A DNA stretch of 60,709 nucleotides, filler included. It is 6 parts of 6 records of this genome, joined end to end, with 100 filler letters (N's around TTAATTAATTAA, not from the genome) between each part and the next. Parts side by side here need not be neighbours in the genome. Positions count along the whole stretch, not along the records: positions 50,991 to 60,709 come from SRR31156797_4670; 5 more parts are not named here. One strand, 5' to 3'. Of this stretch, positions 60,590 to 60,709 are shown piece by piece. The translations under genes and the position numbers were made by a program. The stretch's first letter is position 1, and each line of letters starts with the position of its first letter. The notes beneath the pieces were generated by a model. The model saw only the letters and a list, made by a program, of their open reading frames with translations, had not been told where the DNA came from and did not search any database.

Positions 60590-60709
60590 TGATAGACCCG
60601 ATGCCCTTATCCGTGCACCAGGCGCAGTTGACGACCAGGAATACTGACGCCGCTTCCGCCGTGGGAGTTTCCCCGGAGGATAAACAGGCGCGTCTGAATC
60701 GTTTAAAAA
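60589..60709 (+). CDS. flgJ: probable FlgJ rod-binding protein, N-terminus (runs off window end)
   Basis: TGATG overlap with flgI; frame open to window end; identity rests on synteny only. Confidence 0.6.
   Translation, partial: MIDPMPLSVHQAQLTTRNTDAASAVGVSPEDKQARLNRLK

Noticed and set aside
1-60709. CRISPR array, rRNA or selenocysteine read-through
   Set aside because: No regularly spaced repeats, rRNA-like sequence or in-frame TGA within an otherwise intact gene was seen

Overview
The window is not one locus. It is six unrelated contigs joined by artificial 100-bp spacers (N44-TTAATTAATTAA-N44) at 11019-11118, 17511-17610, 26203-26302, 36704-36803 and 50891-50990. Contig 1 (1-11018, Desulfobacterota-like) is an eroding accessory region. 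It holds the 5' end of hutU, an AraC/GyrI regulator broken by one in-frame TAG, a membrane-tailed B12 radical-SAM gene, DUF1501, and an ABC-membrane::DUF1800 fusion. It also holds a type I BREX locus collapsed by deletions (brxB::pglX and pglZ::brxL chimeras) around an open PtuA/PtuB-like ATPase+HNH pair. Contig 2 is housekeeping: purN, trxA, trxB, bamD, rpmB, rel/spoT, proS. Contig 3 carries acoB-acoX, an AcoR-like sigma54 activator, lolA, ftsK, rnj and ssb. Contig 4 (very AT-rich, Campylobacterota-like) has the 3' end of mnmA, Rrf2, lipoproteins sharing a 43-bp promoter block, an IS200 with a cloverleaf right end, an Ig-repeat serine protease, tRNA-Leu(CAA), a DnaT-like tandem-repeat gene pair, trpC, TPR and ykgJ. 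Contig 5 (Bacteroidota, TAnnTTTG promoters) is housekeeping from lon to ruvC. Contig 6 (Desulfobacterota-like) has a hydrolase, an acyl-CoA dehydrogenase preceded by a ~285-nt highly structured leader, two tandem PEP-CTERM paralogues and sigma54-driven flgFGAHIJ. The best leads are the structured leader RNA, the hollowed-out BREX retaining its nested PtuAB-like cassette, and the DnaT-like gene pair. Family assignments come from motif recognition by eye, not database searches.
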